Of a stretch of DNA of 64,000 nt, positions 12,528 through 25,119 are shown piece after piece. Numbering within the stretch: position 1 is the first letter of the stretch; each line of letters opens with the position of its first letter. This stretch comes from Felis catus. Lineage: Eukaryota. The notes below the pieces were generated by a model. That model had not been told where the DNA came from, searched no databases, and saw only the letters and a list, made by a program, of their open reading frames with translations. Made by a program: the position numbers and the translations under genes. Location: the NCBI RefSeq assembly GCF_018350175.1, contig NC_058373.1, forward strand, positions 99,512,001 to 99,576,000, read 5' to 3'.

Positions 12528-13849
12528 TCCCTATTTCTTAAAAACATTGTCAAACTGTCTCCCAGAATGGTTGTAACATTTTACATTCCCACCAGTAATG
12601 TATCCATGATCTGTTTTTTTTCCTGCATGCTCTCCAGCATTTGATTTTGCCACTATTTCTCACTTTAACCATTATGATATGTATAGTGGCAGTTCATTGT
12701 GGTTTAATTTATATTTCTTTAATTATTAATGATGTTGAGCTTTTCATATGCTTACTTACCAACTGTATATACAGATTTTTAAAAATATTCTTCATCTGAT
12801 TTCAAATATGATACATGCTTGTTATTAAAAAATTAAAATGTCACAGAAATATGTTATATTGAATACCAAAGTTTCCTTCAATAATTTTACTTTCTAGTTA
12901 TAGCTACTGTTGACAGCTTAGCATAATTCCTCCATAGAGTTCCCATGTATATGCTATGCTATGTATATAGTATAGTTTCATACAAGTGCAAAAACGGTGG
13001 CATTTTACATATATGGTGTGAAAACTTGCTTTTATCATTTAATAATAATCTTGGAGAGCCTTCCACATCATGGTAATCAATTATGTGCTTTATTCAATCA
13101 TCTAATATATTCTCTTTCCTAATAACACAAAAACGTTCTGGTTTTTTATATAAAAAAAAAATCACATTTGACAATTCCATGTGCTTCCAAATGTAATAGC
13201 AATTTTATTTCTAGTATATTTGAATAAATTTTAAAGTTGTACAAATTTCCTGATGAAATTATACACTGCACATTTCCCAGCTTTGAATTGAGAATTATGC
13301 TGCAACAATAAGGACTGTTTTAGAAAGATGTGACCAGTTGAATCGTGTGGAAATATGAGAAAGTCTAGTCAATTTCATGTTTATGTCTTAGGAAACTTGG
13401 TATATGAGTAGCTGCTATATCATAAAGAACAGCAAGACTACAACAAAATTTATTACCCCTGCTTACCAGGGGTTTCCATAATAAACAAACTGGTTCTGGT
13501 ATCTACTTTTAATTATTTCATTTCAAGGCAATTCCCTTATGCATCAATCACTCCCACTAACTCATAATATTCTCATGGGGGTTAAATTACTATCAGTATC
13601 CTTTCATTGATGATCTCATAGAGAATAGATATGGTGGCAAGGGAATGCAAATGATTTATTTCTTGTGACTTAACCTTAGACTCCTATGCTTGCTTAAATT
13701 GAGACAGATAAAGGGAAAATGCTGACAATATGGTCATTCTTAAGTAGAAGATTCTTTTGGTCTTTTTAACAACAGATAGCCATTATTTAATCCTAGAAGA
13801 TTAGAAGTAGGAAAGAAAAAGGAAATATCAGAGACCTTAGCAGGTATTT

Positions 13850-13882
13850 CCTCCCTCCATCTCTCCCTCCCTCCCTCCCTCT

Positions 13883-13937
<55 letters not shown>
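13850..13937. repeat. (CCCT)n-(CT)n microsatellite
   Basis: Direct reading. Confidence 0.95.
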
Positions 13938-13940
<3 letters not shown>

Positions 13941-15089
13941 AGAGTATTTAATCTTTTGGTTTTTTAAGCAAATCTCTTGCAGCTGCTTAGTTCTCTGTTC
14001 GTGCCAAGGACCCTTTGTTTATACTAACTACACCCAAAGAATTCTTACACAAGTTGTACTATTTAAGCTCTTTTGCAAGGCTCAGACTTTATCACATCCA
14101 TGGGGGAACAGAGCTATACTTTTCTTTCTCAACATTCCTTCTGGTCAAAAGAGAATGTAGAGGATTTAATTCCTTAAGCATCAAGTCTTAATACTGCTGG
14201 TAATTTGCACGTTATCAATGTATGAAAAAACTTTCATAAGCCTGTGGCTAGATACACCTACCAATTTCCATATAAAGTGAATTTAGAGAGATAGCCCTAA
14301 AAAGGGACTAGAACAACAATTTAGGCCATCTGGATTCAGGGGTTTTCTATCCTAGCCTTAAAATCAGCAAGAACCAATAGGTCTAAGAAACAGAATAAAA
14401 CTGGACCAAGTTCTCCTAGAGAAGACTGATTCTAGATATTCATCCATAAATTCATACCTTTTTAGTTCTATTAAAATAATTTTTTGGACATATTTTTGAA
14501 AGTTCTTTAAGATTATGAAATAATGTGTCACTTTTTATCATCAACCCCAAATTACACAATAATTGATATATTTCTCAATTTTTAACATTTTCCCTGACAG
14601 CTGAAAAGCTATGAACAAAAAGAAGTTCCTTTTATTCAGCCGTGTCTGTTCAACACCAAAACTTAATATTAAATAAACATTTGGATGATTAACACCATTC
14701 ATTTAAATTGTCTCAGTTGATGTCCATTCAACCAATTTAGAGATGAAATTGTCAAAGCTAGGAAAGGTCAAGGGATATGTCCAAGATCATCCATCTACCT
14801 ATCCACTGGCTACAGAATTCAATCCAGACCCTTCAATTCCTCCACATTCTTTCCACTGTACCACAGCTGCTTTTCCCAAATTATCCAGACTTTTAAAATT
14901 GAGAACACAATTAATCATTCTGATATTTACTATCATCCAGATACAAGTGACTCATACATTTTATTTTTTATTTTTTGGCATGATAGAGAAAAACTTCATT
15001 TATGTCCAATCTTACTTGGCTAATAATACATCTCTCCCACCTTTATTTATTTTCCAGTTCTTCCTGAAAAATTCATCATCTACAGGAGT

Positions 15090-15310
15090 CACAGACTCAC
15101 ATCTAGCCTTAGTCTATCTATACTCACTTGTGAGCTGTGTGAGCTTCACCGAATTACTTAAACTCTCTGAGCCTCTGGTTCCCCATTTTGTGAGATAAAG
15201 ACAACAGCAGTGTCCTCAAAATGGCATAGAGAAAATAAGGTAAGAAAATGCATGGTGGGGGGGGGGGAGAAGAAAATGCATGGGAAGCCTTTATGGCAGT
15301 GCTTGGCCAG
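15090..15310 (+). mobile_element. MIR fragment
   Basis: AGCTGTGTGAGCTT..TTACTTAAACTCTCTGAGCCTC MIR core. Confidence 0.6.
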
Positions 15311-15475
15311 GTCAAGTACCCAGGAGAAGTGCTCCAAGAAGGCATCTTACAAGAGTAAGTGTGTGGGAATATGAGGAGTAGGAAGACTGTGGACCTTGCC
15401 ACTAAATGGTGAGTGACGCAGGTTTGCTCCAGGCTCCAAAATGTATTTGATGACAACATAACCTACAAGGTAAGT

Positions 15476-15695
15476 TGTGGTGTGCTAGAGGCAGATGATA
15501 GCAGCAACAGTTGATTTTGTGTATTTCTTCCCAACTCTCTGATCAGTGAGATCATGTTTGTGGCTCGAACATTTGGTAGTTGATAGTCTGGTAGCTGGTA
15601 GTTGAATGTGTGTTCTAGTGGAAACTGGCAAACACCAAAAAGCAGACCTCCCCTCCCACACCAGAGAGCTGGTTGTTGAACATTGATCAGCAATG
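15476..15695 (+). mobile_element. MER63-like hAT-Blackjack element
   Basis: GTGGTGTGCTAGAG..TTCTTCCCAACTC..CCAGAGAGCTGGTTGTTGAACATT matches recalled MER63A. Confidence 0.6.
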
Positions 15696-15719
15696 ATGAA
15701 TTATAGATCTACTGACAGA

Positions 15720-15960
15720 GACCAGACTTTCAGGTCAAATCAATCTAGGTTTGCAGCCAAACCTAAACTTTGACACTCACTAGTGTACTCAAGTTCCTTG
15801 AGTCAGGAGTCTCTGATTCCTGATGCTTAAAGTGGATGCAATAGTACTACCTAGTTTAAAGACTATTGAGAAGATTAAGTGAAATAAGGTATATGAAAAA
15901 CACTTAGAACAGGATCTGGGACCTAACATCAAATAGTTGTTGATAGTGATTGCTATTATT
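15720..15960 (+). mobile_element. MIR fragment
   Basis: TATTGAGAAGATTAAGTGAAATAAGGTATATGAAAAACACTTAGAACAG. Confidence 0.5.
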
Positions 15961-16788
15961 GTTGTGAAAAGTCTAGACTGCTTTAAAACTTACCCAAATC
16001 CTATACATATTTCACTTCTTTTGCATGATAATAAAGATATGAATGTGATTTTAGAGTGAACTTGTCCGGCTAAGTCAGGAAAGAATTTGTTTCACGGAAA
16101 AAATTTCTATTCAAGTTCTTTTATTGTTTCTGTTTCAGAAAATATTTAAACAAATTTGAACATCTAAACAAAGAAAGTTTTAAAGCCAAACATCTAAGTG
16201 CTCCTAGTCTCCTCTGAGCATTTTTCAACAATGTTGGGCCCAAAGCCAGAGTATGTTACAACCCTTTTGAACCCACCCCACCCTGCCCCAACAGCAGGCC
16301 TCCCCCAGAGAAAAGAATTTGATACAGTGCCAATAAGAGAATCTTCCTCTTAGAATATCTTAAAGCTTTCATCCTTTTTGTTTTTCTTAAAAAAAAAAAA
16401 AACTAAAAATTTGGGTGTAACAAACTTCAAGATGTCCAAATGCACAGAGCCCAGAGAAATAAATATTGAAAATACAAAAATCCTTGGTTCAGAGGCATGT
16501 AGATGAAGGACCTGGGCCTGAGGTCCCCCATACCGTGCTGTAGAATAATCCAGACAACCACAGGGCTGGATTCCTGTCCACTCCCAAGCCTTCCTCCCAG
16601 TTCCCACATCTTTAAAGGAGTAGCTGGTCACTCTTCTGTCGATGTCCTTTGGGGGAAGCACAATAACTCAAGGCCATCCAATGGGCAGTTGGGTGAAGGG
16701 TCATCCATTCATTTTTCATTCTGTTACCAGGGCATGCAGGGGTGGGGCAGGAAAAGGAGAGTGCAGACATGACTTAAGAGTACTGGTA

Positions 16789-17024
16789 GGGGCACCTGGG
16801 TGGCGCAGTCGGTTAAGCGTCCGACTTCAGCCAGGTCACGATCTCGCGGTCCGTGAGTTCGAGCCCCGCGTCAGGCTCTGGGCTGATGGCTCGGAGCCTG
16901 GAGCCTGTTTCCGATGCTGTGTCTCCCTCTCTCTCTGCCCCTCCCCCGTTCATGCTATGTTTCTCTCTGTCCCAAAAATAAATAAAAAACGTTGAAAAAA
17001 AAATTAAAAAAAAAAAAAAAAAAA
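16789..17024 (+). mobile_element. Young feline SINE
   Basis: GGCGCAGTCGG..CAGCCAGGTCACG subtype, long poly-A, perfect TSD AAGAGTACTGGTAG. Confidence 0.95.
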
Positions 17025-18267
17025 GAGTACTGGTAGAGTTCCGGAAGCTACACCCTGTAAACTTGGTGAAGGAAGGATGTGGAAAGGATGGTCCCTTGTA
17101 GGTCCTCCAGTGTTCTGGGGAAGTTCTAGCACTTCCTCTTTATTCCACCATCCACCTCCTCCTTTTGCTGGACGGACTGTTGGGAACATGTAATGCATTT
17201 GATATACTCTATAGGGGGGTAAAATCAAGATTTTCTATGGACAGCTGTTTCTTTATTCTGAACCACAAGTTTTACCGCCATTTTCCCATTACTGTGAAGC
17301 CAGGAAGACAAACAGGAGCTTAGAATTGCACCTTGTTCCACTGACAGGACTCCAAGTGGCGAAATCCTTTCTCTAAAGTTGTACAGCTTACTAATTGTGT
17401 CTAGAGCACAGATTTTTTTTTTTAACTTTCCTCCAAGTGCAATTTTCCCAGGCTACACAGTGATAGCAACTTTTCACCACCAAGACCTTAACCTTCAAGT
17501 CTCTTTCTCTGAATTGACTTTCAGTATTCTGCTCTTCAGGCTAAACTTGAACCAAAGTCCCACAGGGCAATACCCCTTCTGGTCCATTTGCTTTGAACAC
17601 CAACCTCCTTCTGGATTCACTTCTCCCCATACAGAGGCTGGACTCAGGGTCTAGCTCATAGCTTTCCTGGCATAATTGGCCTTGTCTGGGTCTCTCCAAC
17701 CTTCAGCTTTTCCCACCACATTCTAGGCTGCTGGGCCTGGCTGGGTTCAAATGACCTTAGCTAGGTTCTAAGTGCTACTCAAAACACTCTTGCTCATCCT
17801 TCCATGTGCTTACTTCCAAATTCACCATTGAGACCGGGCTAAGATTTTCTCCCTGCCCAGGTCTCTTCACCATCCTCTTGCCTGCTCCCATGCCCCTGAC
17901 ATGCCTAGAGAACTGAACCACAGCATATTAAGAGCAAGTAGATCTATCAAAGACTATGTCATTCAATGCTCTCATTCTACAGAGAAGGAATCAAAGATCA
18001 CAGACGCTCAGAAATTAATGAGTACTTCAAAGCACCTGGCCTATGCCTTACCTTCAGGCAGGCAAAATATTACGTCCATGTTTGAGATGAGGCACTAGAG
18101 ATCCAAAAACGTAATGTCATTTCTTTGAGGTCACAGAGCCAGCCAGGCAGATTTTAGAGCAATACTCTCTTCCTTTTGATTCCCCGCCTTCCAGATGCTC
18201 TCTAACTAGACATCCTCTTCACTTTCAAGTAACTTTTGTACAACTTACAATTAATTTACACTGATGA

Positions 18268-19746
18268 TCTATTTTTAATTTTCTTTTTTTAATTTTTTGA
18301 GGAACCTCCACACTGTTTTCCAGATTGGCTGCACCAGTTTGCATTCCCACCAACAGTGCAAGAGGGTTCCCGTTTCTCCACATCCTCTCCAGCTTCTATA
18401 GTCTCCTGATTTGTTTATTTTAGCCACTCTGACTGGCGTGAGGTGGTATCTGAGTGTGGTTTTGATTTGTATTTCCCTGATGAGGAGCAACATTGAGCAA
18501 CTTTTCATGTGCCTGTTGGCCATCTGGATGTCTTCTTTAGAGAAGTGTCTATTCATGTTTTCTGCCCATTTCTTCACTGGATTATTTGTTTTTCAGGTGT
18601 GGAGTCTGGCGAGTTCTTTATAGATTTTGGATACTAGCCCTTTGTCCGATATGTCATTTGCAAATATCTTTACCCACTCTGTTGGTTGCCTTTTAGTTTT
18701 GTTGACTGTCTCCTTTGCTGTGCAGAAGCTTTTTATCTTCATAAGGTCCCAATAGTTCATTTTTGCTTTTAATTCCCTTGCCTTTGGAGATGTGTCAAGT
18801 AAGAAATTGCTGCGGCTGAAATCAGAGAGTTTTTTTCCTGCTTTCTCCTCTAGGATTTTGATGGTTCCCTGTCTCACATTCAGGTCCTTTATCCATTTTG
18901 AGTTTATTTTTGTGAATGGTGTAAGAAAGTGGTCTAGTTTCATTCTTCTGCATGTTGCTGTCCAGTTCTCCCAGCACCATTTGTTAAAGAGACTGTCTTG
19001 TTTCCATTGGATATTCTTTCCTGCTTTGTCAAAGATTAGTTGGCCATATTTTTGTGGGTCCAATTTTGGGTTCTCTATTCTATTCCATTGGTCTATGTGT
19101 CTGTTTTTGTGCCAATACCATGCTGTCTTGATGATTACAGCTTTATAGATCTACCCTATGACCCAGCAATAGCACTGCTAGGAATTTACCCAAGGGATAC
19201 AGGAGTGCTGATGCATAGGGGCACTTGTACCCCTATGTTTATAGCAGCACTCTCAACAATAGCCAAATTATGGAAAGAGCCTAAACGTCCATGAACTGAT
19301 GAATGGATAAAGAAATTGTGGTTTATATACACAATGGAATACTACGTGGCCATGAGAAAGAATGAAAAATGGCCGTTTGTAGCAACGTGGATGGAACTGG
19401 AGAGTGTTATGCTAAGTGAAATAAGTCATACAGAGAAAGAAAGGTACCATATGTTTTCACTCCTATGTGGATCCTGAGAAACTTAACAGAAGACCATGGG
19501 GGAGGGGAAGGGAAAAAAAAAAAAAAAAGCTAGAGACGGAGGGAGCCAAACAATAAGAGACTCTTAAAAAACTGAGAACAATCTGAGGGTTGAAGGGGGG
19601 CGGGAGGGGGGGAGGGTGGGTGATGGGTATTAAGGAGGGCACCTGTTGGGATGACCACTGGGTGTTTTATGGAATCCAATTTGACAATAAATTTCATATT
19701 TAAAAATATAAACAAACAAACAAACAAACAAACAAATAAATAAATA
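18268..19746 (+). mobile_element. Young feline L1, 5'-truncated with 5' inversion (18268-19144 antisense, 19145-19746 sense)
   Basis: ORF2 C-terminal peptides on - strand (..[19 protein letters not shown]) continue on + strand ([16 protein letters not shown]..); 3' UTR and (AAAC)n tail; TSD ACACTGATGA. Confidence 0.95.
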
Positions 19747-20627
19747 ACACTGATGAGCAGTGAGCAAACCAGAAAGGTACACTGCTTAAAATCAGACTTT
19801 CTATGGCACTTTACATTTTTCTATGACTTTGGTGGGAAATTAATAATTAATCAGAGGCTAGGAACACTCATTTTTTTGCAGCTCTCACAAAGAAATGTCC
19901 TATAATTAAATGCTACTGGAACAGTCACAGGCACACAGAATGTGGATCTGGCCTATATCTCTTCTTGGAGCTCTCTTAAAAAGGAGGCATTCATATATAC
20001 TGACATGGAAAACAATTCAAGTTGGTCATTTCTTGGGACTTCCTGTTTTGTTTTCATTTTATTTCTAATAAAACATCTCTCCCCAAATTGTTTCCTGAGG
20101 ATGGTTTTGGTTCTTCCGTGATTCTGTCCAGACAACTGTCCTGGTCAGGCACCTTAATTTCAGTAAGAGGACCCTAATCTTACTGTTGACTTTACTGATT
20201 GCCAAAGATTTGGATCTGGTTTTAATTAGCAACTCAGAACATCTCGATTCCAAGTTTTGATAAATATTACAACTTTCAATTCTCTGTGGTACAAGACAGA
20301 TCCAAAGTTCAGCTACAAAAATGGAACTTGACAAAGGCACATAATCCATCATTCTGCTGGAGATTAGAAATTTTGCCCTTGGCTCAAGCAGACTGTCCAG
20401 AAAACATGGCTGTACTGTTAGGCTTCCTTTCCTCCCTCAAGTCACTAGTCAGCCACAAGGCTACATTTTGAAATTATATTTTCAATTGAAAAATCTGAAA
20501 GAAACAGCCATCTAAATTCTGTATTCTATATAACCCTACTGAAGCAATGGCCCAGAATCTGAGTGGAGTCCTAGTCAAAGAAACATAGTCCAGCAACCAA
20601 CAACTAATTTAAAAATAATGCAGACTC

Positions 20628-20846
20628 AGGGCACCTGGGTGGTTCAGTCAGTTAAGCGTCAGACTTCAGCTTGGGCCATGATCTCCTGGTTCATGAGTTC
20701 AAGCCCTGTGTCAGGCTCCGTGCTGGTAGCTCAGAGCCTGGATCCTGCTTCGGATTCTGTATCTCCCTCCCTCTCCCCTTCCCCCACACGTGCTCTGTCT
20801 CTGTCTCTCTCTCTCTCAAAACTAAAAACATAAAAAATTTTAAAAA
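20628..20846 (+). mobile_element. CanSINE
   Basis: TSD-like AAAAATAATGCA(G/C). Confidence 0.9.
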
Positions 20847-20929
20847 TAATGCACTCTTGTGTTTCTTAAACACAGCAAAGTTAATACACAGTTCATAGCA
20901 ATATTTATTAAAATGTCATCTATAAGTTG

Positions 20930-21260
20930 GTTGACCTTGAAAAAAAAAAAAGCCAGCACTTTTAGCAGCAAAATAAGTTTATTTGGGAATACCAGAGAAC
21001 TGCAATTTGGGACAAGCAAAGTATGGCAAACCACAGGTAAGAGTAGATAACCGGGGAGACTAACTTGCTTTTATGGAGGAAAGAAGGAAGTCAGGAGTGA
21101 CTGCTTCCAAGAGTTCAGGTCACGGCTTTACTCTAGCTGAGTGAAGCAGTTTCTCACTGGCTGGAATGTTGCTGGACATGGAGAAATTCTTCTTCTCCTC
21201 CTGCTGGAGTATGAATGGTAGTGTGTTAAAGCTCCATTTTTAATCAGGTTTTATCTTCAC
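20930..21260 (-). mobile_element. Possible carnivore ERV solo LTR
   Basis: Antisense poly(A) signal TTTATT near the left end, TTTTAT TATA-like further right, ends in ..TTCACA; family not identified. Confidence 0.35.
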
Positions 21261-21271
21261 AAGTTCATTAT

Positions 21272-21454
21272 CATTTTTTAATGGTCATGTATTTTTGGGA
21301 GGGGGGGTGGGGAGGGGTAGAGAAAGAGGGAGACAGAGGATCCCAAGCAGGCTCTGCGCTGACAGCACAGAGCCCAATGTGAGGCTCCAACTCATTAATG
21401 ATGACCTGAGACCAAAGTCAGACACTTAACCAACCTGCGTCACCCAGGTGCCCC
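21272..21454 (-). mobile_element. CanSINE
   Basis: TSD-like CACAAGT(T/A)CATTATC. Confidence 0.85.
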
Positions 21455-21590
21455 ACAAGTACATTATCTTGATTGCAATGATAATTTCATGACTGTCTAC
21501 ACATATAAAAACTCATCAAATAGTACACATTAAATATGTACAGTTTATTGTATGTCAGTTATACCTCAATGAAGCTGTAAAAAGTAATAA
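21455..21590 (+). mobile_element. Old L1 3' terminal fragment
   Basis: AAAACTCATCAAATAGTACAC..TTATACCTCAATGAAGCTG. Confidence 0.7.
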
Positions 21591-22549
21591 AACTACTGGA
21601 AAAAATGCCATCTGTGATCAACCTTCTTACCCTGTAGTTCCCACCAATTCTCTCAACTCCTAAATCTCTAGGGAAATTCCTGACTTGTCCTATCCTGCCC
21701 ACCCATTATTCTTCACAATCCTACCCCCTTTCCTATCAATTCTTCATCATGAAGCCTCAGAAGAACTGATCTACCAAAGGCAGGACACCACTTAGACAAC
21801 AGGCGAGAAGGAAGAAAACAGATTAGCTAAAGCCAGACTCCTCCTTGGAAAGCAGTAGAGGCATGAGGAGAGGCTAGGAACACTCGTATTTTTTTTGCAG
21901 CCCTCACAAAGCATTTTGTTCTCTTTGTGTTTCTTTCATGCCTCATGGCTTCTGCAAGCCAAAACTCCTCCAAAACTCCTTAAAGAGTTTCTCTCCCAAT
22001 CTTAACTCACACATATCTTGGCTCCCATCCTTCTCCCTTTCCTCCTAATTAGTCATCAACAAAATCCAAGGGGAAAAAAGTCTGCAAAGGCAGAACTGTC
22101 TTTAAACAGTAGAGAAGGAGAAGAAACTTAGTGAGCAAAACCAAAGCAGAGAGAGGGAAAGGCTGGCATTAATTATTTATAATTAATAAATTTCACCATC
22201 ACCAATCCCTGTAGGGATTAAACAAGAGAGTACATCATCTGTTACATCACTGTGTCCTCTTTCTGTGAACACAGGAAAACATTTACATGTATCAAGAAAA
22301 GCTGTGTTCCCACCAAACAGTAGATTTATCTTCATGGATATTGAAAATCCTCCTCTGTACCTACACAGGTCATTCAGAAGTCTACAGCCACGTTTACACT
22401 ATAATCTTAGTAACATGCAGTGTAGTGTCTTTAGCATGCAAACCTATCTGCTAATATCATATCTGGTATTTTCTATGTCTATTTATCTATTTATTCTCTA
22501 TGCAATTTTATAAATGGCTTCAGATCCATTGTGGAATGAGGTGATGTGC

Positions 22550-22581
22550 TGAATGAATGAATGAATGAATGAATGAATGAA
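22550..22581. repeat. (TGAA)n microsatellite
   Basis: Direct reading. Confidence 0.9.
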
Positions 22582-23611
22582 AACACATAACTTTCCTTCT
22601 AGTTCCTCCTTTACAAGGTTACACATGCCGTTTCCCTTGCCTTTTACATTTCAGCTCCACTGTATTCTAAACCCATTCCTGTCCTGGGTTCTCTTCTTTC
22701 TCTCAGTGACCTAGGGTCTCAGTTAGACATCATCTTCAGCCTTTTCTGTGCTTTCTCTCTCAGGCAGTCACTAAAACCTGTCAGTTCTCACTTCATTTAC
22801 TGCTGCACATCATTCCCCCTTACCATTCTCAAGGAAAAATTCTTGTTCAGGTCCTCGTTACCTCATTCCTAGACTATTGCAATATTTTCCTAACTAATCT
22901 CCTTGGCTGCAGAACTTCTCCACTCCAAATCATCCTACAGATGCTGGATCATTATTCCTAAATGCATAGAAACTCTCTTGCCTTTCCTAAATGTAAACCA
23001 CCAATTAATACTTTATAAAAAAATATATATGTGAAGATTCTTTTAAATCTAAGCTATCTTTGAGGCTTTCTAGATGGTCTCTAGGTAACTAAAAAGATTT
23101 ATCCAGTTATCTTATAAAAGATGGTCCCTAGGTAATGAAAAAGATTTATCCCCTCACCCTATTATTATAAAATAATAAGGTATGTTTCATGCTCTTTATA
23201 TTTTAATTAGCTCTATCAGCTATATGAGTCACTGAAATAATTGTGTCAATGCCTGCTTTCTGAATCCAGATGCCAAATGAGCCTTTCCTTTATTAGGCAA
23301 AAAACAGACTAACTCTCTATTTTGGCCATTTTGACCGACACTAACCCTTTCTCACAATTTGTGCATAAAGGACAATGTTATATTTTAAGAGTACTTATTC
23401 AAAACTAGGAGTTTATCATAAACCCATTGCTTATGTTTCTCTTGACCCCTCATCTAAGGCTTCTCCACCTCGTTTATCTGCTGGAAGCAACCCAACCATA
23501 AGCAGCACTTTAGCCAGTTGATTACCACCTATTAAATTCTTGTGTTGCCTGCTTCCAACACACTAGTTAAATGCTGCTTTGATCTGAACCCAATAACCCT
23601 CCCTTCCATTC

Positions 23612-23730
23612 CTTTTTTTTTTTTTAATTAAAAAATTTTTAAAGAAATCTCTTTACCCAACATGGGGCTCGAACTCACAATCGCAAGATCAAGAGTCACA
23701 TGCTCTATAGACTGAGCCAGCCAGGCACCC
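23612..23730 (-). mobile_element. Short CanSINE (tRNA head plus tail)
   Basis: GAGATCAAGAGTCA..ACTGAGCCAGCCAGGCACCC-like antisense head. Confidence 0.85.
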
Positions 23731-23774
23731 TACCCCTACCCCTTTGCCTTCCCCTTCCCCTCCCTTCCCTTCCC

Positions 23775-23915
23775 TTTTTGAGAGAGAATCCCAAACAGGC
23801 TCCACACTCAGCACAGACCCTGATTCAAAGCTAAATCACATGACCAGGAGATAAGGACAGATTTCGATCACTTGAAATCAAGAGTCAGACACTTAAAGAA
23901 CTGAGTCACCCAGGC
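23775..23915 (-). mobile_element. Old CanSINE
   Basis: GAGAATCCCAAACAGGCTCCAC..AATCAAGAGTCAGAC..ACTGAGTCACCCAGGCA. Confidence 0.8.
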
Positions 23916-24044
23916 ATATCACCCCATTCCCTTTCGAACATAAGCAAATCTCATGACATCACATTTTCTGTTCTGATTTGATGTTTAACCCTCATGACAA
24001 TGATACATTTGGTGATTGCTCACATCTTAAAAATAATCAGTGTA

Positions 24045-24270
24045 GGGCCCCTGAGTGGCTTAGTTGGTTAAGCATCTGACTTCAGCTCAGGTCCTGATCT
24101 CAAGGTTTGTGAATTTAAGCCTCGCATCGGGCTCTGTGCTGACAACTCAGAGCCTGGAGTCTGCTTCAGATTCTGCGTCTCCCTCTCTCTCTGCCCCTCT
24201 CCCGCTCAACTCTGTCATTCCCTCTTAAGAAATAAATAAACATTAAAAAAATTTTTTTAAAGAAAAAAAA
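24045..24270 (+). mobile_element. CanSINE
   Basis: Full SINE; TSD-like AATCA(G/A)TGTA. Confidence 0.9.
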
Positions 24271-25007
24271 GAACAATCAATGTACACTTTGTTGTATGAG
24301 TATACAACACTTTGTGTTATATGAGCAATAGATTCTAGCTATTCTGTTACCAATAGCTCATTCTTCTCAGACAGCTCTAACATGAGTATGCCACACTTAA
24401 GACAGGTCTAAGTTGATGTTTTTCATGATTTTGATATGTTATTTTTAAGAAGGAGGGGTTTCTAACCTCTTTGGAAACTTCAATCAAACATTAAAAAAAT
24501 AAATTAATGTCTACTTATTGGGAACAATTTAATATCTAAAGGAAATTAATTTTAAAGTTAAAATATTTGAGGGAATATTTAAAGAAATATGTCACTGACA
24601 TACCACTCCTAAAACTCTAAGAACATAAAATGAGCTAATGGTATTTGACAATAAAAACTGTTCCAGTTTTCCATTTTCATGGAATCTGTCAGAATCCCCA
24701 TAAATTTGCAATGTATAAAATTGTTGCATAAAGCCCTGTGAGATTCAGCTTGACTCTTTTCCTGGCAGATTGCATTTGGCCTTGTCAGATATGATCAGGT
24801 AGATATGTGATCACAGGTCCAACAGATGTGAGCTGCCATTCCAAAAGGTACATAGTTGAAATTATCACTACATGATATAGATTTAGGAGATCAAATATAT
24901 TCAAACAGACCCCAATGAAAGTCAGCCTTGAAACTACACTGAGTTCAAGCCACACACTGGGCATAAAGCTTACTTGAGAAAAAAAAAATGCAATGCAATA
25001 CATTTTG

Positions 25008-25119
25008 AGGTGCTTGGCTGGCTCAGTCTGTAGAGCACTAGACTCTTGATCTCAGGGTTGTGAGGTCAAGGCCCACATTGGGTGTGGAGCCTGCTTTAAA
25101 AAAATAAAATAAAAAAAAA
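25008..25119 (+). mobile_element. Short CanSINE
   Basis: GGCTGGCTCAGTCTGTAGAGCAC..GATCTCAGGGTTGTGAG, A tail. Confidence 0.8.

Larger units (their letters stand above)
11580..12760 (-). mobile_element. Old L1 (L1MB/ME-like) 3' fragment interrupted by two SINEs
   Basis: Antisense L1 motifs TTTGAGATTCATCTATGTTG, TTATCCATTCAC, ACATTCCCACCAG. Confidence 0.75.

Noticed and set aside
14743..15198. 151-aa + strand ORF
   Set aside because: Both ends overlap MIR relics and the middle is AT-rich with non-coding composition.
18275..19294. L1 ORF2-like ORFs as functional CDS
   Set aside because: The element is truncated, inverted and has in-frame stops.
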